DNA of 64,000 nucleotides from an uncultured Solirubrobacterales bacterium (GCA_963700785.1 CAVOYZ010000010.1:14870-78869), one strand, 5' to 3'; positions 1 to 9,153 are shown, counted from the stretch's first letter. Made by a program: numbers and translations. The notes: generated by a model not told the origin, from the letters alone.

Positions 1-90
1 CGCGCCCGCGCCCGCGGTCGCGCGACGCGGATCGACAAGCGCTCCTGCCACATCAACGTGGCGCTCACCCCGAACCTGGACGACGAGTAG
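1..90 (+). CDS. rplV: 50S ribosomal protein L22, C-terminal fragment (gene starts upstream of window)
   Basis: Frame 1 reads [29 protein letters not shown] with TAG at 88-90. Basic L22-type C-terminus, directly upstream of rpsC as in S10 operons. Confidence 0.75.
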   Translation, partial: RARARGRATRIDKRSCHINVALTPNLDDE

Positions 91-110
91 GAACTGAGGC
101 TCAGCTAGCG

Positions 111-1245
111 ATGGGACAGAAGATCAACCCCGAGGGATTCCGGGTCGGTTACATCCACGACTGGAAGTCGAACTGGTTCGACGAGCGGAACTTCTCCGAT
201 GCCCTGATCGAGGACGTCGAGATCCGCAAGCACATCGAGACGAAGCTGAGCCATGCCGGGCTCTCCGACATCGAGATCAAGAAGCAGCGCGGTGAGGTGA
301 CGGTCGATATCCACACGGCCCGGCCGGGCATCGTGATCGGCAAGTCGGGCTCGGAGGTGGACGCGCTGCGCAAGGAGCTGCACAAGATCACCGGCAAGCC
401 GGTGCGGGTCAACATCCGCGAGATCAAGCGCCCCGAGCTCGACGCGAAGCTCGTCGCGCAGTCGATCGCCGAGCAGCTCGAGAACCGCGTCGCCTTCCGG
501 CGGGCGATGAAGCGGGCGCTGACCTCGGCGATGCGCTCCGGCGCCAAGGGCGTCAAGGTCCAGGTCTCCGGGACGGCTCGGCGGCGCCGAGATGGCTCGG
601 ACCGAGGGCTATTCCGACGGCCGGGTGCCCCTGCACACGCTGCGGGCTGACATCGACTACGGCTTCGTCGAGGCGAGGACGACGACCGGGCGGATCGGCG
701 TCAAGTGCTGGATCAACAAGGGCGAGGTGATGCCCGAGGGTTACGGCTCCGCGGTCGAGGACGACCTCGGTGGTCGCGGCCGCCGACCCGGTGGCCGCGG
801 CGGCGCCGAGGCGCCCGGAGCGGGCCAGGGCCCGGCCCTGCGCAGGCCCCGCAAGCCGCCGCCCCGCCCGGCCCCGCAGGCTCCCGCTCAGGCATCGAAG
901 CCGGCCCCCGCCGATCCGAAGCCGGCTGCGGCGCCGGCCGCGGCGAAGGCACCGGCCCCCGAACCGCCCGCCCCCGCGGCGACTGAGGCCCCGGCCCCCG
1001 AGACGACCGAGGCACCCGCCGGCAAGGCGACTGAGGCACCGGCCGCCAAGCCGACTGATGCACCGGCCACCGAGGCGGCCGAGTCTGCTGTCCCCGAGAC
1101 GGCCGAGGCTGCAACTGCCGAGACGACCGAGCCCGCGGCCTCTCCCGCGGCGCCCGAGTCGCCGGCCGACGAGGCGAAGCCGGCCGAGAAGGCTCCCGAG
1201 ACGGCGCCCGAGAAGGCTCCCGAGCAGAGTGAGGACGATTCCTGA
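111..1245 (+). CDS. rpsC: 30S ribosomal protein S3 (frame disrupted near 573 in this sequence; long low-complexity C-terminal tail)
   Basis: ORF 111-650 gives the S3 N-terminal core ([13 protein letters not shown]...KGVKVQVSG). The invariant continuation [31 protein letters not shown]...KCWINKGEV lies in the +1 frame (ORF 592-1245). One extra base near 573 separates them. Confidence 0.9.
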
Positions 1246-1655
1246 TGTTGATGCCGAAGCGGGTCAAGCACCGCAAGCAGCATCGGGGCCGGATGCGCGG
1301 CAACTCGCGCGGCGGCACCGAAGTCCATTTCGGCGAGTACGGCCTGAAGGCGCTCGACCGCGGCTGGATCACGAACCGCCAGATCGAGGCTGCCCGGGTC
1401 GCGATGACGCGCAAGATCAAGCGCGGCGGCAAGGTCTGGATCAACATCTTCCCCGACAAGCCGTACACGAAGAAGCCGGCCGAGACGAGGATGGGCTCCG
1501 GCAAGGGCAACCCCGAGGGCTGGGTCGCCGTGGTCAAGCCCGGCCGCGTGATGTTCGAGCTGTCCGGCGTCTCCGAGGAGCTCGCCCGCGAGGCGATGGC
1601 GCTCGCGGGCCACAAGCTGCCGGTGAAGACCAAGTTCGTGAAGAAGGGCAGCTGA
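1245..1655 (+). CDS. rplP: 50S ribosomal protein L16
   Basis: 136 aa, [19 protein letters not shown]...[29 protein letters not shown] overlaps the rpsC stop (TGATG); true start may be ATG 1251. Confidence 0.97.
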   Translation: MLMPKRVKHRKQHRGRMRGNSRGGTEVHFGEYGLKALDRGWITNRQIEAARVAMTRKIKRGGKVWINIFPDKPYTKKPAETRMGSGKGNPEGWVAVVKPGRVMFELSGVSEELAREAMALAGHKLPVKTKFVKKGS

Positions 1656-1867
1656 TGAAGGCCGCTGAGGCACACGCGCTTGGAGATGCGGAGCTGGTCG
1701 AGAAGCTCCGGGACTCGAGGGAGGAGGCGTTCAACCTGCGTCTCAAGCACGCCACCGGAGAGCTCGAGGACAGCGCCAGACTGCCGCGAGCCCGGCGGGA
1801 CGTGGCCCGGCTGCTGACCATCGCCCGCGAGCGCGGCATCGATCTGGAGAAGGAACTGAAGAGCTGA
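1655..1867 (+). CDS. rpmC: 50S ribosomal protein L29
   Basis: 70 aa, [64 protein letters not shown] 1655 overlaps the rplP stop. Read from the tail of track ORF 770-1867. Confidence 0.9.
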   Translation: MKAAEAHALGDAELVEKLRDSREEAFNLRLKHATGELEDSARLPRARRDVARLLTIARERGIDLEKELKS

Positions 1868-2564
1868 TGGCAGACGAAGAGAAGAACGAGCAGGAGGCAG
1901 AGGCCCCGACCGAGGACGCCCCGGCGGAGGAGGCTCCGGCGGAGGAGACCCCTGCCGAGGAGACCCCGCGGAAGAGACCCCTGCCGCGGAGGCTCCCACC
2001 GAGGAGCCTCCGGCCGACGACGAGGAGCCTTCCGAGCCCGAGCAGGCCGAGGCCCCGGAAAAGAAGGCTGCGCCGGCCGCCGCCAAGCCGAAGGACGATG
2101 GCGAGCCGGAAGAGGTCCCGACGCCGAAGCAGATTCGCAAGCGCGCCCGCTCAGCCCACAAGGGCGAGGTGAACCCGTCCCGCACCGTCGAGGAACGAGC
2201 CGCCGAGCGGCAGGCTGGACGCAAGCGGAAGGCAGCCGAGCGCAGTCGCTACCGCGCCGCCGCGAGGAAGCGGAAGGACGAGCAGCTGGAGGGCACCCCG
2301 CCCGCCGAGCGGCAGCCGGGCACCCAGAAGGTGCGCCTCGGAATCGTCACCGGCTCGAAGGCCGACAAGACGATCACCGTGCAGATCGAGAGCGCCCGCC
2401 GCCACCCCGCCTACGAGAAGATCGTCCGCCGCTCGAAGTCACTGCACGTGCACGACGAGAACAACGAGGCCGACGAGGGCGACACGGTGCGGGTGATCGA
2501 GACCCGGCCGATGTCGAAGACCAAGCGCTGGCGCCTGGTCGAGGTCGTGGAGAAGGCGGAGTAG
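1867..2564 (+). CDS. rpsQ: 30S ribosomal protein S17 with ~150-aa N-terminal extension (frame disrupted near 1968)
   Basis: S17 core KVRLGIVTGSKADKTITVQIESARRHPAYEKIVRRSKSLHVHDENNEADEGDTVRVIETRPMSKTKRWRLVEVV is in ORF 2169-2564. ATG 1867 overlaps the rpmC stop and opens an acidic PAEE-repeat reading frame. That frame joins the S17 frame if one base is restored in the 14-nt repeat unit at 1966-1979. Confidence 0.85.
1906..2009 (+). repeat. Coding tandem repeat, seven 15-nt units ([35 protein letters not shown]); the fourth-from-start PAEET unit (1966-1979) is only 14 nt
   Basis: Read directly: ccgaccgaggacgcc / ccggcggaggaggct / ccggcggaggagacc / cctgccgaggagacc / ccgcggaagagacc / cctgccgcggaggct / cccaccgaggagcct. 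Confidence 0.9.
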
Positions 2565-2622
2565 CCATGTCCCGGGTCGGAACGCAAATCAACCGGCGTA
2601 GCTCCGCGGAAGTGGGCATCGC

Positions 2623-2991
2623 GTGATCCAGCAGGAGTCGAGACTCAAGGTCGCCGACAACTCCGGCGCGCGCGAGATCCTCTGCATCCGCGTCAAGGGC
2701 GGTCACCACCGCCGCTACGCGAGCGTCGGCGATGTGATCACCGCGACGGTCAAGCATGCGACCCCGAATGCCGGCGTCAAGAAGGGCGAGGTCGTGCAGG
2801 CGGTCGTCGTTCGCACGGTCAAGAAGCTCGGTCGCTCCGACGGCACCTACATCAGCTTCGACGAGAACGCGGCGGTGCTGATCGATCCGCAGAACAACCC
2901 GCGTGGCACCCGCATCTTCGGCCCGGTCGCGCGCGAGCTCCGCGATCGCAACTTCATGAAGATCGTCTCGCTGGCGCCGGAGGTGCTCTGA
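2623..2991 (+). CDS. rplN: 50S ribosomal protein L14
   Basis: 122 aa, [27 protein letters not shown]...[25 protein letters not shown]; GTG start. Confidence 0.97.
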   Translation: MIQQESRLKVADNSGAREILCIRVKGGHHRRYASVGDVITATVKHATPNAGVKKGEVVQAVVVRTVKKLGRSDGTYISFDENAAVLIDPQNNPRGTRIFGPVARELRDRNFMKIVSLAPEVL

Positions 2992-2994
2992 GCG

Positions 2995-3333
2995 ATGTCC
3001 CGGGCAATGCGAATCAAGACCGACGACACGGTGATCGTCACCAGTGGGAAGGACAAGGGCAAGAGCGGCCGCGTGATCCGCGTCAACCCGGCCCGGCGCA
3101 AGGTCTTCGTCGAGGGGCTTAACATGATCAAGCGACACCAGCGGCCGCGCACGATGGACTCCCAGAAGCAGAGCTCTCAGGGGGGAATCATCGAGAAGGA
3201 AGGCCCGATCGACGTCTCGAACGTGATGCTGCTGGATCCGAGCGACAACAAGCCGACCCGGGTTGGCATGGAGGTCGCCGACGACGGCGCGCGCGTCAGG
3301 GTCAGCAAGCGCACCGGCAAGCCGATCGATTGA
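2995..3333 (+). CDS. rplX: 50S ribosomal protein L24
   Basis: 112 aa, KOW-type motif [24 protein letters not shown]; position between rplN and rplE. Confidence 0.95.
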   Translation: MSRAMRIKTDDTVIVTSGKDKGKSGRVIRVNPARRKVFVEGLNMIKRHQRPRTMDSQKQSSQGGIIEKEGPIDVSNVMLLDPSDNKPTRVGMEVADDGARVRVSKRTGKPID

Positions 3334-3341
3334 CGAGCGAG

Positions 3342-4132
3342 ATGGAAGCTGCAACACCGACAACCGAGACACCACAGGCCCAGGCGGCGCCACCGCCCGG
3401 CTGCGCGATCGCTATCGCGACGAGGTGCTGCCGGCGCTGACCGAGAAGTTCGGTTACTCGACGCCGATGTCGGCTCCGCGGATCACCAAGGTGACGGTCA
3501 ACATGGGCGTCGGCGAGGCGAGCCGCACCTCGGGCGTGATCGACGAGGCGATCGAGGAGCTGGCGACGATCGCAGGCCAGCGCCCCAACGTCCGCCGGGC
3601 GAAGAAGTCGATCGCCGCCTTCAAGATCCGCGACGGAATGCCGGTCGGATGCGCCGTGACCCTGCGCAAGGCGCGGATGTGGGAGTTCCTCGACCGGCTG
3701 ATCACGATCGCGACCCCACGGATTCGTGACTTCCGCGGCTACAACCCGCGCGCCTTCGACGGCCGCGGCAACTTCACGCTCGGCATCCGCGAGCAGATCA
3801 TCTTCCCCGAGATCGACTACGACGCGGTCAAGGAGGTTCGTGGCCTCGACGTGACGGTCACGACCACCGCGGCGACGGACGAGGAGGCGTTCGAGCTGTT
3901 GCTCGGGCTCGGCTTCCCGTTCGCGCAGGAGGGCCGTCCGGGTGCCGCCGACCTCGAGGCGGAGGAGGCGGCGGCGGAGGAGGCCCGCAAGGAGGAGGCC
4001 CGCAAGCGGGCCGAGGCCGAGCAGGCGGCGCTCGAGCAGCTCAAGGAGGAGAACCCCGAGGCCTACGCCAAGCCGGAGCCGTCCGAGGAAGAGGACGGCG
4101 AAGGCGAGGCCGGCGAGGAACAGGAAGAGTAG
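3342..4132 (+). CDS. rplE: 50S ribosomal protein L5 with ~67-aa acidic C-terminal tail (frame disrupted near 3396-3398)
   Basis: L5 core [41 protein letters not shown]...[12 protein letters not shown] is in ORF 3263-4132. That frame has no start codon after the rplX stop. ATG 3342 ([18 protein letters not shown]) is one base out of frame and joins perfectly if the C-run at 3396-3398 has one more C (..[14 protein letters not shown]). Confidence 0.9.
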
Positions 4133-4144
4133 GAGACGAGAGCG

Positions 4145-4330
4145 ATGGCAAAGACTTCACAACGCGTCAGACAACAGAAGGGCTCGAAGTTCAAGAGCCG
4201 CAACTACACCCGCTGCCGCAAGTGCGGCCGGTCCCGCGCCGTATACCGCAAGTTCGGCCTCTGCCGGATCTGCCTGCGCGAGGCGGCCCACAGCGGCTAC
4301 GTCCCCGGCATGACCAAGTCGAGCTGGTAG
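4145..4330 (+). CDS. rpsN: 30S ribosomal protein S14, short zinc-ribbon (type Z) form
   Basis: 61 aa with CRKC...CRIC and C-terminal [11 protein letters not shown]. Confidence 0.95.
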   Translation: MAKTSQRVRQQKGSKFKSRNYTRCRKCGRSRAVYRKFGLCRICLREAAHSGYVPGMTKSSW

Positions 4331-4343
4331 CGAGGAAGCGAAG

Positions 4344-4739
4344 ATGCTCACCGACCCAGTCTCCGATTACCTGACGCGGATCCGCAACGCCCTGGGAGCC
4401 GACCTACCCGAGGTCGAGATCCCGGCCTCTCGCCTGAAGAAGGAGATGTCCCGGATCCTCCAGGAGCAGGGCTACATCTCCGGCTTCGAGGTCGAGCCGA
4501 CGCCGGTCGGCGAGGCGATCCGGATCACGCTCAAGTACACCGACGACCGCGACCCCGTGATCAGCGGCATGAAGCGGATCTCCCGCCCGGGCCGCCGCCG
4601 CTACGTCGGCGGCAGCCGCGTGCCGAAGGTCCAGGGTGGCATGGGCACTGCGATCATCTCGACCTCGGCCGGCGTGATGACCGGCCACGAGGCACGCGAG
4701 AAGGGCGTCGGCGGCGAGGTTGTCGCCTACGTCTGGTGA
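4344..4739 (+). CDS. rpsH: 30S ribosomal protein S8
   Basis: 131 aa, MLTDPVSDYLTRIRNA...GGEVVAYVW. Confidence 0.97.
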   Translation: MLTDPVSDYLTRIRNALGADLPEVEIPASRLKKEMSRILQEQGYISGFEVEPTPVGEAIRITLKYTDDRDPVISGMKRISRPGRRRYVGGSRVPKVQGGMGTAIISTSAGVMTGHEAREKGVGGEVVAYVW

Positions 4740-4763
4740 GCCTGGAGCGACCGAGGATTCCCG

Positions 4764-5297
4764 ATGAGCCGAATTGGCAACAAGCCGCTTCCGATCCCCG
4801 ACGGGGTGACCGTCGAGATCGCCCCTGGCCGGGTCGATGTCAAGGGCCCGAGGGGTGAGCTGAGCCAGGCGATCGACCCGGCGATGACGGTGGCGATCGA
4901 CGACGGCGTGGTCACGGTCAGCCGCCCGACCGACCGCGGGCCGCATCGGGCCCTGCACGGTCTGACGCGGAGTCTGATCGCGAACATGGTCGAGGGCGTC
5001 ACGAACGGCTTCGAGAAGAAGCTCGAGATCCAGGGTGTCGGCTATCGCGCCAAGTCCCAGGGCAAGGGGCTGGAGCTGTCGCTCGGCTTCTCCCACCCGA
5101 TCACGGTCTCCGCGGTCGAGGGAATCGAGTTCGACGTGCCGCAGCCGACCGAGGTGATCGTCCGCGGGATCGACAAGCAGCAGGTCGGCGAGATCGCTGC
5201 CCAGATCCGTCGCCACCGGCCGCCGGAGCCGTACAAGGGCAAGGGCGTGCGCTACGCGGACGAGCAGGTACGTCGCAAGGTCGGCAAGCGGGCCTAG
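4764..5297 (+). CDS. rplF: 50S ribosomal protein L6
   Basis: 177 aa, [19 protein letters not shown]...[14 protein letters not shown]. Confidence 0.97.
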   Translation: MSRIGNKPLPIPDGVTVEIAPGRVDVKGPRGELSQAIDPAMTVAIDDGVVTVSRPTDRGPHRALHGLTRSLIANMVEGVTNGFEKKLEIQGVGYRAKSQGKGLELSLGFSHPITVSAVEGIEFDVPQPTEVIVRGIDKQQVGEIAAQIRRHRPPEPYKGKGVRYADEQVRRKVGKRA

Positions 5298-5314
5298 GAC
5301 CGAAGGAGCTTCTG

Positions 5315-5668
5315 ATGGCAATCAAGACAGCAGGACAGAGAAGGCTTCGCCGCCGCCGGCGGGTCCGCGCCAAGGTGCGTGGCAGCGCCGATCGGCCGCG
5401 GCTCAGCGTCTTCCGCTCGAATCGCGGCCTGACCGCGCAGTTGATCGACGATGACGCCGGGAGCACCCTCGCCCAGGTCAGCTGGACCGAGGCCGATCTG
5501 CGCGAGCTCGAGACCGCTGAGCGGGCGAAGCGGGCCGGGGCCCTGCTTGCCGACCGTGCCAAGGCGGCCGGGGTCGAAACCTGCGTCTTCGATCGCGGCG
5601 GATACAAGTTCCACGGCAACGTCGCCCGCCTCGCCGAGGGCGCCCGCGAGGGCGGGCTCCAGTTCTGA
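5315..5668 (+). CDS. rplR: 50S ribosomal protein L18
   Basis: 117 aa, [20 protein letters not shown]...[27 protein letters not shown]. Confidence 0.95.
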   Translation: MAIKTAGQRRLRRRRRVRAKVRGSADRPRLSVFRSNRGLTAQLIDDDAGSTLAQVSWTEADLRELETAERAKRAGALLADRAKAAGVETCVFDRGGYKFHGNVARLAEGAREGGLQF

Positions 5669-5688
5669 GCTAACTTGAGAAGGGTCCG

Positions 5689-6401
5689 ATGAGCATCACC
5701 AGCTATGAGAAAGTCAGCGCCCAGGGTCTCGACCTGCAGGAGCGCGTGATCGAGATCAACCGCGTCGCCAAGGTCGTCAAGGGCGGCCGCCGGTTCTCGT
5801 TCACGGCGCTGGTCGCAGTCGGCGACGAACGCAACGTGGTCGGCATCGGCTACGGCAAGGCGCGCGAGGTTCCGCTCGCGATCCAGAAGGCCGTCGAGAA
5901 CGCCCGCAAGGACCTGATCAAGGTCCCTCAGTACGGGCAGACGCTTCCCCACTTCGTGATCGGCAACTTCGGCGCCGGGCACGTCGTCCTGCGGCCTGCC
6001 TCGGAGGGCACCGGCGTGATCGCCGGCGGTGGCGTGCGGGCGGTGCTCGAGCTGGCCGGCTACCGCGACGTGCTCACGAAGTCGATCGGGACCAACAACC
6101 CGATCAACCAGGTGAAGGCGACGATGGCCGGGCTCAAGGCATTGCGCAAGCCCGAGGACGTCGCCGAGCTCCGCGGACTGTCCGTGAACCAGGTGCTGGG
6201 GATCAAAAAGCAGCGCAAGACCGAGGAGGTTGAGCCCGCCGCCGGCGAGGCGGTGACCGCGGTCGCGGTTGCGACCGAGGAGGCACCCGCCGAGGAGGCA
6301 CCCGCCGAGGACGCGCCGCCGAGCAGGCGCCGCCCGAGGCCACTGCCGACGCCGCCGAGCCTCCCGCGACGCCGCCTTCCGAGGAGCCGGGCGATGGCTG
6401 A
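5689..6401 (+). CDS. rpsE: 30S ribosomal protein S5 with acidic C-terminal tail (as given it reads in frame into rpmD; tail and stop are in the +1 frame after ~6315)
   Basis: S5 core [31 protein letters not shown]...[19 protein letters not shown] is present. After [12 protein letters not shown] the given frame turns into [20 protein letters not shown] and runs straight into the L30 Met. The alternative frame reads [28 protein letters not shown] with TGA at 6399-6401, overlapping the rpmD ATG. Confidence 0.88.
6277..6350 (+). repeat. Coding 15-nt periodic repeat ([13 protein letters not shown].. [10 protein letters not shown]) with one 14-nt unit at 6307-6320
   Basis: gaggaggcacccgcc occurs twice (6277-6306), followed by gaggacgcgccgcc (14 nt) and further 15-nt units. 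Confidence 0.8.
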
Positions 6402-6576
6402 GCTGGTGATCAAGCAGGTCCGATCCGCGAACGGCGCCACCCCGCGTCAGCGTGACACGCTGCGCACCCTCCGGCTCGGCCGGATCGGCTCGCAGACGAC
6501 GCGCAGCGACTCGCCGCAGCTCCAGGGCCTGATCGACAAGGTCGCCCATCTGGTCACGATCGAGGGGGCGGGCTGA
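6394..6576 (+). CDS. rpmD: 50S ribosomal protein L30
   Basis: 60 aa, [60 protein letters not shown]; read from the tail of track ORF 5689-6576. Confidence 0.9.
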   Translation: MAELVIKQVRSANGATPRQRDTLRTLRLGRIGSQTTRSDSPQLQGLIDKVAHLVTIEGAG

Positions 6577-7067
6577 TGGCGAGGATCGAACCCGAGGACG
6601 TCGGTCTCGAGAACCTGAGCCCGAAGCCGGGCTCACGGCGATCGACCAAGCGACTGGGCCGTGGCCACGGCTCCGGCCAGGGCAAGACAGCCGGCCGCGG
6701 TCACAAGGGCTATGGCGCCCGCTCGGGCAGCAAGAGCAAGGCCGCCTACGAGGGCGGTCAGAACCCGATCCACATGCGGATGCGGAAGCTGCGCGGACCG
6801 AACAAGAAGATGTCGATGCCGTTCGAGCGGTTTCGCACCCATACGCAGCCGGTCAACGTCTCCGCCCTCGAGGAGCGCTTCGAGGCGGGTGCGGAGGTCA
6901 CGCCCGAGTCGCTGCGTGAGGTGAACCTGGCGACTCGCAGGCACCCGGTAAAGATCCTCGGCAAGGGCGAGCTCTCGAAGAAGCTCACCGTCCGCGCTCA
7001 CGCCTTCAGCAACACAGCCCGCGAGAAGATCGAGGCGGCCGGTGGCACGGTCGAGGTACTCGACTAG
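6576..7067 (+). CDS. rplO: 50S ribosomal protein L15
   Basis: 163 aa, KRLGRGHGSGQGKTAGRGHKG...; ATG overlaps the rpmD stop. Confidence 0.95.
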   Translation: MARIEPEDVGLENLSPKPGSRRSTKRLGRGHGSGQGKTAGRGHKGYGARSGSKSKAAYEGGQNPIHMRMRKLRGPNKKMSMPFERFRTHTQPVNVSALEERFEAGAEVTPESLREVNLATRRHPVKILGKGELSKKLTVRAHAFSNTAREKIEAAGGTVEVLD

Positions 7068-7082
7068 CTAGCTTCTGGCTGC

Positions 7083-8354
7083 ATGATTCGAACGATCGGC
7101 AACGCCTTCGCGATCCCCGAGATCCGGAGGAAGCTGGCCTTCACGGCCGCGATGCTGGCCCTCTACCGGCTCGGCGCGTTCATCCCGGCGCCGGGGGTGG
7201 ATACCGGCGCGCTCGACGCGATCGAGCAGAACTTCGCCGGTGGCAACATCCTCGGGTTCCTGAACCTGTTCAGCGGCGGGGCCCTGTCGCAGCTGTCGCT
7301 GTTCGCGCTCGGGATCATGCCCTACATCACGGCCTCGATCATCCTGCAGCTGCTCACGGTGGTCGTCCCCTCGCTGGAGAAGCTGCAGAAGGAGGGCGAG
7401 GTCGGACAGCAGAAGATCACCCAGTACACGCGCTATCTGACCGTCGGCCTGGCCTTCGCCCAGTCGCTCGGCTACGTGTTCCTGTTCGAGTCGTTCGGCG
7501 GCAGCGGCCAGAGCGTCGTCGGCGGCGAGCTGACCGGCCCGAAGCTGATGCTGATCGTCGTCTCGCTGACCGCCGGCTGCACCCTGCTGATGTGGTTCGG
7601 CGAGCTGATCACCCAGCGCGGCATCGGCAACGGCATCTCGCTGATGATCTTCGCCTCGATCGTCTCCGGCCTGCCCTCCGGGATCCAGGCCTGGTGGACG
7701 AACCCGGATCAGGTCTTCATCGTGATGATGCCGTTCGTCGCGCTCGCGGTGATCGTCGGAATCGTCTACGTACAGGAGGGCCAGCGGCGGATCCCGGTCC
7801 AGTATGCAAAGCGCCAGGTCGGTCGCAAGATGACCACCGGGGGCTCGACCTACCTGCCGCTGAGGGTCAACATGGCCGGCGTCATCCCGGTCATCTTCGC
7901 CGCCTCGATCATGGCCTTTCCACCGACCGTGGGGCAGCTGCTGAACACGCCGTGGGCACTCGACTTCGCCGCCTTCTTCAGTCCCGACTCCTGGGCCTTC
8001 ATCGTCGGCGAGGTCTTCTTCATCATCATCTTCACCTACTTCTACACGGCGGTCACCTTCAATCCGGTGGACCAGGCCGACAACCTGAAGAAGTACGGCG
8101 GCTTCATCCCCGGCGTGCGCCCGGGCCGGCCGACGGCCGAGTATCTCGACCGGATCCTGACCCGCCTGACCTTCGCCGGTGCCCTCTACCTGGGAGCGGT
8201 TGCGGCGCTGCCGACGGTGCTGATCAGCCAGACCTCCGCCAACTTCTTCTTCGGCGGCACCTCGATCCTGATCGTCGTCGGCGTCGCCCTCGACACGGTC
8301 AAGCAGCTCGAGTCGCAGCTGATGATGCGCAACTACGAGGGCTTCCTGAAGTAG
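7083..8354 (+). CDS. secY: Preprotein translocase subunit SecY
   Basis: 423 aa polytopic membrane protein, IPEIRRKLAFT...LFALGIMPYITASIILQLL...MMRNYEGFLK; canonical position after rplO. Confidence 0.97.
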   Translation: MIRTIGNAFAIPEIRRKLAFTAAMLALYRLGAFIPAPGVDTGALDAIEQNFAGGNILGFLNLFSGGALSQLSLFALGIMPYITASIILQLLTVVVPSLEKLQKEGEVGQQKITQYTRYLTVGLAFAQSLGYVFLFESFGGSGQSVVGGELTGPKLMLIVVSLTAGCTLLMWFGELITQRGIGNGISLMIFASIVSGLPSGIQAWWTNPDQVFIVMMPFVALAVIVGIVYVQEGQRRIPVQYAKRQVGRKMTTGGSTYLPLRVNMAGVIPVIFAASIMAFPPTVGQLLNTPWALDFAAFFSPDSWAFIVGEVFFIIIFTYFYTAVTFNPVDQADNLKKYGGFIPGVRPGRPTAEYLDRILTRLTFAGALYLGAVAALPTVLISQTSANFFFGGTSILIVVGVALDTVKQLESQLMMRNYEGFLK

Positions 8355-8374
8355 GCGGCCCGGGAGTGCGCTGC

Positions 8375-8427
8375 CCTGCGTCCTCGTCGGCTTGCGTGGC
8401 GCTGCCACGCGGCGCCTCCTGCGTCCT
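8375..8427 (+). other. Perfect 7-bp hairpin (gcgtggc-gct-gccacgc, 8394-8410) flanked by a 10-nt direct repeat cctgcgtcct (8375-8384, 8418-8427) in the secY-adk spacer
   Basis: Read directly from the sequence; function unknown (attenuator or processing site are guesses). Confidence 0.3.
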
Positions 8428-8478
8428 TGATCAGCACCCTCCCAACCTCGCCTACTTTGCGGCAAACTCCCCAGAGCC

Positions 8479-9153
8479 ATGTCAGAGCTGAACCTGATTC
8501 TGCTTGGGCCGCCCGGGTCCGGGAAGGGGACGCAGGGGGAGCGCCTCCAGGAGGACTTCCACCTGCCCTACTACGCGACCGGGGACATTCTCCGGGCGGC
8601 GGTCAAGGACGGCACCGAGCTCGGCATCACCGCGAAGCGGTTCATGGACGAGGGCGGGCTGGTGCCGGACGAGGTGATCATCGGCGTGATCGCCGCCAGG
8701 GTCGAGGGGCCCGATTCGGCCGATGGCTTCATCCTCGACGGGTTTCCCCGGACGATCGGCCAGGCCGAAGCGCTGGCCGAGGAGATGGGGAAGCTCGGGC
8801 GCTCGCTCACGGCGGTGGTCCTGATCGAGACCGACGACGACGAGGTCCAGCGGCGGCTCGGCGGGCGCCGCACCTGCGCCAAGAACGGGCACATCTTCCA
8901 CGTCGACTTCGACCCGCCGAAGAACGACGACGTCTGCGACGTCTGCGGCGCCCGGCTGATCGTCCGCGACGACGACAAGCCCGAGGTGATCGCCAAGCGG
9001 CTCGAGACCTACCACGCCCAGACCGAGCCGCTGGTCGAGTTCTACGAGGAGAAGGGCCTGTTGAAGCGGGTTGACGGCTCGCTGCCGCCGGACGAGGTCG
9101 GCGATCGGATCCGGGCGCTGCTGGCGACGCTGCGGCTCGAGGAGGAGCTGTAG
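8479..9153 (+). CDS. adk: Adenylate kinase
   Basis: 224 aa, P-loop LLGPPGSGKGTQ, LID region RRTCAKNGHIFH...CDVCG. Confidence 0.97.
   Translation: MSELNLILLGPPGSGKGTQGERLQEDFHLPYYATGDILRAAVKDGTELGITAKRFMDEGGLVPDEVIIGVIAARVEGPDSADGFILDGFPRTIGQAEALAEEMGKLGRSLTAVVLIETDDDEVQRRLGGRRTCAKNGHIFHVDFDPPKNDDVCDVCGARLIVRDDDKPEVIAKRLETYHAQTEPLVEFYEEKGLLKRVDGSLPPDEVGDRIRALLATLRLEEEL

Noticed and set aside
592-1245. Separate 217-aa gene starting [10 protein letters not shown].
   Set aside because: It begins in the middle of the conserved S3 core (RLGGAE|MARTEGY) and has no RBS. It is the downstream part of rpsC displaced by one base.
1906-2009. Regular 15-nt repeats here and at 6277-6350 as a possible CRISPR or other non-coding array.
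   Set aside because: The units are contiguous with no spacers, have period 15 (five codons), lie inside r-protein reading frames and encode PAEE-type peptides. They are coding tandem repeats.
3263-3341. L5 start at ATG 3263, as suggested by the ORF track.
   Set aside because: It would overlap rplX by 70 nt and add a non-conserved Ser/Arg-rich N-terminus. ATG 3342 plus a one-base correction gives a canonical N-terminus.
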